This document shows, one piece after another, positions 34,166-42,518 of a DNA stretch of 42,518 nt. This stretch comes from Balneolales bacterium (lineage in GTDB: Bacteria; Bacteroidota; Rhodothermia; Balneolales; Cyclonatronaceae). A program made the position numbers and the translations under genes. Position 1 is the first letter of the stretch. Each line of letters begins with the position of its first letter. The notes under the pieces are model-generated. The model worked only from the letters and a program-made list of their open reading frames with translations. It ran no database searches and had not been told where the DNA came from. Location of the stretch: positions 1-42,518 of the forward strand of contig SLDG01000123.1 of NCBI GenBank assembly GCA_007125355.1, given 5' to 3'.

Positions 34166-35284
34166 TCAAACCAACTGAAAATGCTTACCGGCAAGAGCTT
34201 TTACGCACCCTTTTAACTCAAGCTGCAGAAGCGAAACAAGTATGCTGTGGCCGGGGATGCCTGTTTTTTCGGCAAGGGTATCGATATGGATGGTTTCTTT
34301 TCCTATGGCTTCACATAACGCACATTCTTCTATTGAGAGCTCAACCTGTTTCCATTTTGGCTGATGCTCCACCTTATTTTTCTGCTGTAGATTAATTGAA
34401 AGCTCAGAGAGAATATCCTGCAAATTTTGCACCAGCTTTCCATGTCCCCTTTTGATGATGGAATTGCAGCCGGCACCTGCTGTATTGTTCAGACTATGAG
34501 GAATCACAAATACCTCTCTGCCTTGGTCAAGTGCAGATCCGACCGTAATCATACTTCCACCGGTATCGGCTGATTCCACGACGAGAACGCCAAGGCTCAG
34601 GCCGCTTACAATCCGGTTTCTGACAGGGAAATTACCTGCATCGGGTTTGGTTCCGGGCACAAATTCTGTAACGATAGCTCCGTTATTTTCAATGATCCGC
34701 TCTGCAAGCTTTCGGTTTGCATCCGGATAAATCCTGTCTATTCCCGAACCAAGAACGGCAACCGTTGTTCCCTTTTGTTCTACAGTCGTTCGGTGCGCGA
34801 TTGTATCTATACCGTACGCCAATCCACTAAAAATACTCAGCCCGTTATTGACTAATTTTTTGGAAAACCGTTCAGCCGCATCACGACCGTATGGCGATGG
34901 TTTTCTTGTTCCAATAATGGCTATTCCCTTTGTTGAAAGAGCGTTTTTGTTTCCCCTTCCCCAAAGTAATATTGGTGGATCATAAATATGCCTAAGGCGT
35001 TCGGGATATTGCTCATCAGTTTGAGTAAGAAGCCAAACATCAGACTTTTCAGCATATTCGATAATCTTATCTACACGGTTCCAGTCTTTAAAGTTCAGAA
35101 TTTGTTTTGCTATTCCGATGCCAATTCCATCAATGCGAGTCAATTCTTTGGGTGTACTATCGAAAATTTTTTCCGGTTCTTTAAAATGCCGAATCAGCCT
35201 GGTTATTTTTTGCGCACCAAGGCCATTAATCATTGAAAGTGCCAGTTGCGGCTTAATATTCTGTTTCTGCTTCTCCATCCCCAT
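34166..35284 (-). CDS. dprA: DNA-processing protein DprA (Smf)
   Basis: 372 aa. Rossmann-like DprA core with GLAYGIDTIAHR and GGSMITV, plus a C-terminal winged-helix-like tail. Confidence 0.9.
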   Translation of the reverse strand: MGMEKQKQNIKPQLALSMINGLGAQKITRLIRHFKEPEKIFDSTPKELTRIDGIGIGIAKQILNFKDWNRVDKIIEYAEKSDVWLLTQTDEQYPERLRHIYDPPILLWGRGNKNALSTKGIAIIGTRKPSPYGRDAAERFSKKLVNNGLSIFSGLAYGIDTIAHRTTVEQKGTTVAVLGSGIDRIYPDANRKLAERIIENNGAIVTEFVPGTKPDAGNFPVRNRIVSGLSLGVLVVESADTGGSMITVGSALDQGREVFVIPHSLNNTAGAGCNSIIKRGHGKLVQNLQDILSELSINLQQKNKVEHQPKWKQVELSIEECALCEAIGKETIHIDTLAEKTGIPGHSILVSLLQLELKGCVKALAGKHFQLV

Positions 35285-36248
35285 GAAGTAATTTCCAGAT
35301 GACCTCTTTTAACGCATCAAGATTATGGCCAGTAGCTGATGATATTTCCACGCAGGGAATGTCAACATCCAGTTTTCGATCAAGATCGTATCCGGGTTTT
35401 AAATCCATTTTCGAGACCGCCAGCACACTTGGTTTTTCCACCAAATCAGCCCGGTACTGCTTCAATTCATTTTTGAGAATATGATATTCATCTTCAATAT
35501 CACCCTCGCTTGAGACCATATACAACAGAATCTTATTTCGCTCTATATGCCTCAAAAACTGTACTCCAAGCCCCTTCCCCTGATGCGCATCTTCAATAAT
35601 TCCGGGAATATCTGCCACAACGAAGCTCCTGAAATCCGACAACTGAACCACACCGAGGTTAGGCTCAAGCGTGGTAAAGGGATAATCTGCTACTTTTGGC
35701 CTTGCTGATGAAAGCGAAGCAAGCAGTGTACTTTTTCCCGCATTGGGGAAACCTACCAATCCTACATCTGCAATGAGTTTTAGTTCAATCTCAACTACAA
35801 CTTCCTCACCTTCTTCGCCGGGCTGTGCAAATCGGGGAGTTTGGCGGGTGGCGTTTTTAAAAAAAGTATTTCCTTTGCCGCCCATTCCGCCCTTGGCTAT
35901 CACGACTTTTTGCCCTTCTTCGGTTACTTCCCCGATTAGTCTTCGGGTTTCAAACTCATAGGCTACGGTTCCCAAGGGTACTCTCAGTATGATGTCTTCG
36001 CCGTCTTTGCCGGATTTCATTCCTCCCGCGCCAGCTTCACCGGCTGGTGCTTTGAGAAATTTCTTATAACGCAGGTCAAGCAGTGTATTCATGTGCGCAT
36101 CACCTTGCAGAACGATATCGGCTCCTTTTCCGCCGTCTCCACCATCAGGACCTCCTTTGGGGATATATTTTTCCCGTCTGAAAGACACCGACCCGGCGCC
36201 GCCTTTTCCGGCAGTGAGATAAAGTTTGGCGTAATCTGCAAAACGCAT
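35253..36248 (-). CDS. obg: GTPase Obg/CgtA
   Basis: N-terminal glycine-rich Obg fold (GGDGGKGADI), G1 GFPNAGKSTLL, G3 DIPG and G4 SKMD. Confidence 0.95.
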   Translation of the reverse strand: MRFADYAKLYLTAGKGGAGSVSFRREKYIPKGGPDGGDGGKGADIVLQGDAHMNTLLDLRYKKFLKAPAGEAGAGGMKSGKDGEDIILRVPLGTVAYEFETRRLIGEVTEEGQKVVIAKGGMGGKGNTFFKNATRQTPRFAQPGEEGEEVVVEIELKLIADVGLVGFPNAGKSTLLASLSSARPKVADYPFTTLEPNLGVVQLSDFRSFVVADIPGIIEDAHQGKGLGVQFLRHIERNKILLYMVSSEGDIEDEYHILKNELKQYRADLVEKPSVLAVSKMDLKPGYDLDRKLDVDIPCVEISSATGHNLDALKEVIWKLLHGDGEAETEY

Positions 36249-36348
36249 TAATGAACTAACTTAAAATGTTGGAGTTACAAAAAAGACAAATACAGAGACC
36301 CGGGATATCGGACTCGTTCCATATTAAAATTGCCTGGATTTTCTATCC

Positions 36349-37206
36349 TCAGGCTTTTTCTTCAAATTGGTGCAACAAAATCTTTAATAACCTGCCTAAT
36401 TTAGCTTTCATTTTCGTTCTCGGAACAATGAAATCCAGAAAACCGTGCTCGAGAAGATATTCTGAAGTTTGGAAGCCATCAGGAAGGTCTCTGCCGATTG
36501 TTTGGCGAATAACCCTCGGGCCGGCGAATCCAATCAGGGCATTTGGTTCGGCAATGTTAAAATCCCCAAGCATAGCAAAACTTGCTGTTACACCACCAGT
36601 TGTTGGGTTTGTCATTATACTAATGTAAGGCACTTTCGCCTCAGCAAGTTTAGCGAGCTTAGCCGACGTTTTTGCCATTTGCATGAGCGAGAGCACACTT
36701 TCCATCATTCTTGCACCACCGGATTGCGAAATTATTATCAGTGGGAATTTCTTCTTCTCTGCATGATCAATTGCTATGGCAAGCCGCTCTCCTACAACAG
36801 AACCCATGCTACCGCCAATAAAGCGGAAATCCATACATCCGATTACTACGTCTATTCCCTTAAGCTTTCCAACGCCAACCCGTGCGGCATCGGTCAACCC
36901 CGATTTATTCTGGGTATCAGCGAGCCTGTCGGCATATTTTTTCCGATCTGCAAACTCAAGTGGATCAGTAGGTTTAATGTCTTGCCCGAGTTCAGTAAAA
37001 TTGTTGTTATCAAATAAAATTTCAAAATAGGTTTTACTGCCAACCGCAAAATGATATCCGCTGTTCGGATCCACCCAACAATTTTCTTCTAACTCACGCC
37101 TGTGTACGGTTTCCCCCGTAGTCGGAACTTTCACCCAAACGCCTTCAGGCATTTCTTTTGGGGTTTCTGTTTGGATATTTGAAGTTTTCCGTTTAAACCA
37201 GGTCAT
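36349..37206 (-). CDS. accD: acetyl-CoA carboxylase carboxyltransferase beta subunit
   Basis: Strong collinear similarity to AccD ([40 protein letters not shown]). The N-terminal zinc ribbon lacks all four Cys. Confidence 0.92.
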   Translation of the reverse strand: MTWFKRKTSNIQTETPKEMPEGVWVKVPTTGETVHRRELEENCWVDPNSGYHFAVGSKTYFEILFDNNNFTELGQDIKPTDPLEFADRKKYADRLADTQNKSGLTDAARVGVGKLKGIDVVIGCMDFRFIGGSMGSVVGERLAIAIDHAEKKKFPLIIISQSGGARMMESVLSLMQMAKTSAKLAKLAEAKVPYISIMTNPTTGGVTASFAMLGDFNIAEPNALIGFAGPRVIRQTIGRDLPDGFQTSEYLLEHGFLDFIVPRTKMKAKLGRLLKILLHQFEEKA

Positions 37207-37343
37207 ATTGCTAATTCTTTAGACTGTTTTAGAAAAATGAAACGTAAATAATCGGATTTGAATAAACAAATCGTCTGTTTGAACTATTAATAATAAATCA
37301 TATTGGATAAAAATAGGCTAAAAAAACTTCTCAAAAAAACGAA

Positions 37344-38018
37344 TCAATCAAGCTGATAAAGTGGTTCAAAATTGACAGGGTTGACTTTGCTTACGAATTG
37401 TTCTTTATAATCTGCATTGAAAAGCTCAATCATACTTTTCGCTGAAACTGCCTGGTCTGTTTCAAATATTTTTGCACACTCTACCATACCAACAAGCCTG
37501 TTAGTACCGGTTCCGGCAATAACATCACCGGGTTTACACATTACACTTATTTCATCAAGATGCAAAACTGCCGGTTCAGTTTGTGCTTCAAGCCTGTTAT
37601 TTGCTACCACAAACTGCTGATGATACAAATGTGTTCTTCTTGCATTAATTACACTATGAATGGTTTTTATTTCAGGGATGCGATAGATCATTCCCATTGC
37701 GATAGAAGCAAGGCTTTGAACTGCATAAAGTTGACATTTCTGATCGAACAATAACCCCTTGGCCGCGCTCGCGCCAATTCTTAGTCCGGTATATGAACCG
37801 GGGCCATTGTTTATGAGTATTTTCGAAATATTTTGAATGGTGTATTCATATTTTTCAAGTAAAGCCTGAATAAATTGAAATGTTTTTTCTGAATGTACAC
37901 CGGTTCCAATGGCACTAAGTTCATCGACAAATCCACTTCGTATTTGTAAAGCAACGGAGCAGACCGGTGTACCAGTTTCAATTGCTAAAATTACAGGGTA
38001 GTTATTTCTAAGGGACAT
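37344..38018 (-). CDS. tsaB: tRNA threonylcarbamoyladenosine biosynthesis protein TsaB (YeaZ)
   Basis: 224 aa with ILAIETGTPVCSVAL and GPGSYTGLRIG motifs. Confidence 0.88.
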   Translation of the reverse strand: MSLRNNYPVILAIETGTPVCSVALQIRSGFVDELSAIGTGVHSEKTFQFIQALLEKYEYTIQNISKILINNGPGSYTGLRIGASAAKGLLFDQKCQLYAVQSLASIAMGMIYRIPEIKTIHSVINARRTHLYHQQFVVANNRLEAQTEPAVLHLDEISVMCKPGDVIAGTGTNRLVGMVECAKIFETDQAVSAKSMIELFNADYKEQFVSKVNPVNFEPLYQLD

Positions 38019-38332
38019 TTAATATTTCGCTACAATTTATTTTTGTATTGGAAGGCTTTGTAAGTCTTCTGCCTTCATACTGTTCTACAGTTACGACATG
38101 TTTTTGATTAAAACTTTGCTCTATCTGTATTCATGTAAAAAAAACTTTACTAACGTTTTGTCATACATATTTTTGTGCCTCTTCACATATAACGGAAACG
38201 CAATAAAATAAGCAAATTCATACTTTTTCCTTCCCCGTTGTAAATACCCTTATTTCAATAGTGTTAAAGTAGGTTAAGATGCATTTAAATCCACATTCTA
38301 TATGGTTTTTTTTTGTTTCTTTGAGAAGATTA

Positions 38333-39790
38333 ATGGCAATAAAACATCTTCATATTATCATCATTTTGTGTGCTGTTCTCTGTGTAAAATGCTCGGATAA
38401 CGGAGCTGCGTCATTACATGGCTACCTAAACGGAGAAATTAACCAAATTACCTTATTTAAGGAAAGTGTTCATTATAAATACGGTCTTCATTTTGAGGAA
38501 ATACTTAAGGTAGATGAGTATTCTGAATTTAGCTTCGACCTCCAAATTGATGAACCGGATGTTTATTTTCTACGGCTTTTTAATCATGATTACCCCATTT
38601 ACGTAGAACCCGGCAAAAAGACCACTGTTATAATTAACACGAATACATTTCCTATTGGAACAACAGCAAATGGGCCAGGAAATGACTATAATATTGCCTA
38701 TCAGGAGTATTTAGCCCGAATGATGAAACTTGAACAACATGCCCGTAGCGAAAGAAGAAGTTTTTTAAAAAAGGAGTCAAATGACTACCTAACTCTCCAA
38801 AAGCTGCGCGTTCAGTTAGCAAAAGAATGCCTCGCAGGTACTGCTTTTGACTTCTATCTCTACCGAAATATCGGTGATTTGTTGTTTGCAAAACTGGAAG
38901 AAATCAGGCTTAGGAAAAATGAAACAGGGTTTGATCCTGAAAGTGCACGACAGGAAGTCCTTGAAATTGCTTTAAACAAAGATTTTTTCTCATACAAATC
39001 GTTAAAATCACAACGAGCCGGAATCAGGGATTTTGCCGACCGATGGGCTTCAACATTTGGAATACAGACAGAGCTTGAAGAAGAACATGACCGCCAATTG
39101 ATGGATTATGATTGGAAAAGGCTTGGGTTTGAATCCATCACCGAAAAAAAATTTAGTCTTCTACGATATACCAATAGCGATGAAGCCCGCGATTTTGCTG
39201 AGATGTATTTAATAGCAGAAACGCTCGGTGAAGGTGAATTTGAAACAGCCTCTAAACACTATTACGACTTTATATCACGAACCACCGATAAAGAATATGT
39301 GACTTTTCTTAGTAAACTATACGCTGATGTTAAACGTATCCAACCAGAGCAAAAAGCGCCCAATTTCCTACTCGCTGATGAAGACGGTGCGTTTCGATCG
39401 CTGAGTGATTTTGCAGGAAAATACGTTCTTTTAGATTTTTGGGCAACATGGTGCGCACCTTGCTTAAACGAGTTCAGCTATATGGAAGAAGTTTATGCCT
39501 CTTTCAAGAATTATGATTTTGAAATCATATCGATATCTGTGGATGAAGAAAAAAACAGCTGGCTAAACATGATTGATCAATATGATCATCAATGGGTTCA
39601 ACTTTATGCGGGACAGGGGTTCACGCATCCCGATTTTAGTATCTACAGGCCGGGAGGCATCCCTTTTTATGTATTGATAGACAGAAACGGATATATACTA
39701 AGACTAAACGATATAAGACCGTCGTTTAATTTTGATGAAGTGTTCAGCAGTATTCTTTATGCAGAAAAAGAATATGCGCTGAGAAATTAA
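38333..39790 (+). CDS. TlpA-family thioredoxin-fold protein with a roughly 350-aa N-terminal extension
   Basis: The C-terminal domain has LLDFWATWCAPC. The ATG at 38333 gives a plausible signal peptide (MAIKHLHIIIILCAVLCVKC), so I prefer it over 38279. Confidence 0.75.
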   Translation: MAIKHLHIIIILCAVLCVKCSDNGAASLHGYLNGEINQITLFKESVHYKYGLHFEEILKVDEYSEFSFDLQIDEPDVYFLRLFNHDYPIYVEPGKKTTVIINTNTFPIGTTANGPGNDYNIAYQEYLARMMKLEQHARSERRSFLKKESNDYLTLQKLRVQLAKECLAGTAFDFYLYRNIGDLLFAKLEEIRLRKNETGFDPESARQEVLEIALNKDFFSYKSLKSQRAGIRDFADRWASTFGIQTELEEEHDRQLMDYDWKRLGFESITEKKFSLLRYTNSDEARDFAEMYLIAETLGEGEFETASKHYYDFISRTTDKEYVTFLSKLYADVKRIQPEQKAPNFLLADEDGAFRSLSDFAGKYVLLDFWATWCAPCLNEFSYMEEVYASFKNYDFEIISISVDEEKNSWLNMIDQYDHQWVQLYAGQGFTHPDFSIYRPGGIPFYVLIDRNGYILRLNDIRPSFNFDEVFSSILYAEKEYALRN

Positions 39791-39925
39791 ACATTAATCT
39801 GATTCGAAAACCTTTTAAAAGCAATAAACTACGACATTGGGTTTCATCTCGAATAATTGTATATTATTGGAATTTTAAAGGACTAGTCGTTACAATGATT
39901 CCGACTATAATTAATTTAGTTAGAT

Positions 39926-40897
39926 TTGAAACATTATTATTATTACGATTCCCAAAAATGCGAATTCGTAAGTGTCACTTATTCTGGAAGTGATAAACTA
40001 ATACATACGCTGACTTCATGGTTAACTGTGGGTTTGGTTATAGCTGGTGTATTTTTTACCACAATGGCCAATTTTTCAGGTACCCCTTCTGAGATTGCTC
40101 TTAAATCTGAAAACAGGGAGCTGTTACGCCAATACATGCAAAACCACACAGATATACAGGCACTGAAAAACAAAATCAGTGATTTGGCTGAACGGGATAA
40201 CGAAATTTACAGAACTGTATTAGGTATAGATCCAATAACTTATGATGAACGTATGGCGGGTATTGGTGGAGCTGACCTATATGCTCATTTTGACAGATAT
40301 CGCGCCCCAACTGCACAATTACTCAGACAAACTGCATTTGATCTTGAAGTGTTAGAGCGTCAGATTAATATTCAAAATCTCAGCCTAAATGAAGTTTTCG
40401 AATATCATAATGCCAATAAAGACAAAATGCGTCACATGCCTGTTCTCAGGCCGGTAGATGGCAAAATTCTTAGTGGTTTTGGTATGCGGGTACACCCTGT
40501 ATACCGTGTAAGAAGAATGCACAGCGGGCTTGACTTTAGGGCAAGAGTTGGCACTCCTGTTTATGCGCCTGGTGATGGAATTATTACACACGCTGCTAAC
40601 CGTGCCGGCGGTTATGGCCTTACCATTGAAATTGACCATAATTTTGGATATGAAACAAGGTTTGCCCATTTATCCGGTTTTGCTGATGGAATCAGGCCGG
40701 GTACGAAAGTTACGAGAGGCCAGTTAATTGGGTACACCGGAAGAACCGGGCGAGTATCTGGACCACACCTGCATTATGAAATTTTACTTAACGGGAATCA
40801 GGTAGATCCTCTTAATTATCTGTTTGTTGATCTGACCCCGCAGGAGTACAGGGCATTTAAAGCAATAAGTGAAGCTACAACTCTAGCCGGCGATTAA
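39926..40897 (+). CDS. M23 family metallopeptidase (membrane-anchored, coiled-coil linker)
   Basis: Has the HSGLDF and GPHLHYE zinc motifs and an N-terminal TM helix. The TTG start is the only in-frame start upstream of the TM segment. Confidence 0.85.
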   Translation: MKHYYYYDSQKCEFVSVTYSGSDKLIHTLTSWLTVGLVIAGVFFTTMANFSGTPSEIALKSENRELLRQYMQNHTDIQALKNKISDLAERDNEIYRTVLGIDPITYDERMAGIGGADLYAHFDRYRAPTAQLLRQTAFDLEVLERQINIQNLSLNEVFEYHNANKDKMRHMPVLRPVDGKILSGFGMRVHPVYRVRRMHSGLDFRARVGTPVYAPGDGIITHAANRAGGYGLTIEIDHNFGYETRFAHLSGFADGIRPGTKVTRGQLIGYTGRTGRVSGPHLHYEILLNGNQVDPLNYLFVDLTPQEYRAFKAISEATTLAGD

Positions 40898-40937
40898 TCA
40901 GCAGCTTACTGTACTGTTATGCCATTTGGTAGTACTA

Positions 40938-41639
40938 CTATAGTTTTTCACTGAAATAAAGCTCTATCAAGCGATCTGAAGAGCGAATACTTTTTTTGAG
41001 CCAATCAAAAATAAGAGCAGTCTTTTCTTCTTCTGAAAGTGACCAAATTGCTTGTTCAATCGCTTTCTTAATTCTTTGGGTGGTTTCATATAATGTTAAT
41101 GCTACACTAACCGACAAATTCAGACTTTCACTAAACCCGTCCATCGGGATATACACGTTATAGTCTGCTTGGTTAATTGCTTGCTCTGTTAACCCTGTTT
41201 TTTCGGCACCAAATACAAGTGCCAAAGGTTTGTCGACATTCAATTCAGAAATAGATGTTGAATTGGCATGCGGGGATGTCGCTGCAATTTTATATCCCTT
41301 TGCCCTGAGTTGTGTATAACACGTGGTTATGTTATCGGTATTTGGCTGCATAAACCGATGCAGTGTTAACCATTTATGAGCATTTTTAGTAACTCCTTTA
41401 CTTATATTGAGCTTATATAGCGTTTCAACTGTATAGACATCCTGCACGCCAAAACAATCACAACTTCTGAGTACTGCACTTGCGTTGTGCGACTGATAAA
41501 TATTTTCGAGTACAACGGTGATATATCTGGTTCTCTTATCCGCTATCTCATATAGTTTTTTGAACCTTTCCTCGAAAACAAACTCTGATAAATAAGTAAT
41601 AAGTTGCCGTTTTTGTTCGAGAGATAGCGAATCCGGCAT
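40938..41639 (-). CDS. SpoU/TrmH-family RNA 2'-O-methyltransferase (TrmH-like)
   Basis: 233 aa. Has the SPOUT motifs NASAVLRSCDCFG, LVFGAEKTGL and IPMDGFSESLNLSVS. Confidence 0.8.
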   Translation of the reverse strand: MPDSLSLEQKRQLITYLSEFVFEERFKKLYEIADKRTRYITVVLENIYQSHNASAVLRSCDCFGVQDVYTVETLYKLNISKGVTKNAHKWLTLHRFMQPNTDNITTCYTQLRAKGYKIAATSPHANSTSISELNVDKPLALVFGAEKTGLTEQAINQADYNVYIPMDGFSESLNLSVSVALTLYETTQRIKKAIEQAIWSLSEEEKTALIFDWLKKSIRSSDRLIELYFSEKL

Positions 41640-41672
41640 ATTTTTTAAAATTTTTGATTAAACCATCAAGGG

Positions 41673-42347
41673 TCAATCATTTGTTAACTTAAAGCCCTGC
41701 TTACGTATAGTTTTGAAGTATTTTTTATTTGTATATGGCTTTATCTTTTTCCTGATGTAACTCAAATAAACGTTTACGTAGTTAGTTCGGGTATCAAAGC
41801 CTAATTCCCAAACATTATCAGACAGTTCATTGATACCTATTACTCTGTCCTGATTTTTCAGGAAGTAAGCCATTAAATCAAACTCGTTATTTGTAAGATC
41901 AATCTCATTATTGTTTACAAAGAACTTACGTTGTATCATATTCATTTTTAATTCGCCACACACGAGTTCTTCTTTTGACTTATTTGCATGGTATCGACGA
42001 ATGAGGGCATCTACACGAGCAATTAACTCGGTATTATCAAATGGTTTGGTAAGATAGTCATCTGCTCCGAAATCTAAACCACTTACTTTTATATTTATAG
42101 CGTCATATGCAGAAAGAATCAAAAGCGGTGTATCCACCTGTTTATCACGCAAGTTTCTGCATATCTCGAGCCCATCGATGTCGGGAAGTCCCAAATCAAG
42201 AACTATACAATCGTAGGTTCCTTTACTCGCTAATTCTTCTCCTAATGAGCCTGTAGCAACAAGGTCAACATCATACCCCTTTTTCTCAAGAATTTTTTCG
42301 ACCAATGACCCAACTACTTTATCATCTTCAACAACAAGTATTCTCAT
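41673..42347 (-). CDS. OmpR/PhoB-family response regulator
   Basis: The receiver domain has DD...D (VLDLGLPDIDG) and K (LTKPF). The C-terminal domain is a winged-helix DNA-binding domain. Confidence 0.9.
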   Translation of the reverse strand: MRILVVEDDKVVGSLVEKILEKKGYDVDLVATGSLGEELASKGTYDCIVLDLGLPDIDGLEICRNLRDKQVDTPLLILSAYDAINIKVSGLDFGADDYLTKPFDNTELIARVDALIRRYHANKSKEELVCGELKMNMIQRKFFVNNNEIDLTNNEFDLMAYFLKNQDRVIGINELSDNVWELGFDTRTNYVNVYLSYIRKKIKPYTNKKYFKTIRKQGFKLTND

Positions 42348-42387
42348 GTTATGAAATTATAAATGTTCCTAATAATGTATTATCCGG

Positions 42388-42435
42388 TTAGTCAGATTAA
42401 CACTTCAATGACAAATAATTGCTTAATCTGACCAA
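42388..42435. promoter_or_regulatory. 13-nt inverted repeat upstream of the response-regulator gene
   Basis: TTAGTCAGATTAA (42388-42400) and TTAATCTGACCAA (42423-42435) are complementary at 12 of 13 positions and separated by 22 nt. They lie 41-88 nt upstream of the ATG at 42347. Confidence 0.35.
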
Positions 42436-42518
42436 AATAATAAGCTATCCTTAATAAAAATTAATTTCAAATAATCTGTTAACGGACAGGAATACACTTC
42501 CTTATACCCGCTCCGCTA

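Noticed and set aside
35253-35284. 32-nt overlap between the obg 3' end and the dprA 5' end, considered as a frameshift or mis-assembly
   Set aside because: Both ORFs are full length with intact N- and C-terminal family features. dprA may start at the second ATG (35278), and the overlap is compatible with ordinary operon packing.
1-42518. Searched for a genomic island, prophage, defence system (restriction-modification, toxin-antitoxin, CRISPR-Cas, CBASS-like) or transposase
   Set aside because: No product in the window has nuclease, methylase, integrase, transposase, phage-structural or toxin-antitoxin signatures. Gene content is housekeeping or metabolic throughout, so the novelty candidates are metabolic and regulatory rather than mobile or defence-related.

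Overview
This 42.5-kb window looks like ordinary chromosomal backbone, probably from an FCB-group bacterium (Bacteroidota/Balneolota/Rhodothermota-like). That placement is an inference from gene families (fused 2-oxoacid dehydrogenase E1 alpha/beta, pyruvoyl arginine decarboxylase, a DUF4175-like giant protein, many TlpA-type lipoproteins) and from the style of the intergenic palindromes. Clear GGAGG-type ribosome-binding sites before several genes argue against classical Bacteroidia. I support 37 protein-coding genes, mostly on the minus strand and tightly packed. I see no rRNA, no complete tRNA (only a possible fragment at nt 1-22), no CRISPR array, and no transposase, integrase or phage genes. 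Recognisable housekeeping genes are sppA, grpE-dnaJ, rlmN, dprA, obg, accD, tsaB, speH-pdaD-speE and an SRAP/YedK-type protein. The most unusual locus is a translationally coupled five-gene operon at 14742-19590: esterase, ATP-grasp ligase, glutathionylspermidine-synthase-like ligase, class-I glutamine-amidotransferase-like hydrolase, esterase. I cannot assign it to any characterised pathway; it looks like a small-molecule or peptide amide-conjugate system. Other items worth a second look: a 1136-aa membrane-anchored E/Q/M-rich coiled-coil protein, an SbtA/SbtB-like transporter plus PII pair, a long structured leader in front of speH with an anti-SD/anti-anti-SD arrangement, three families of dispersed intergenic repeats or palindromes, a G9 homopolymer in a 695-nt gene-free region, and an AccD that has lost all four zinc-ribbon cysteines. 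All calls rest on reading the translated ORFs and the DNA by eye. No database search, HMM or folding program was run.
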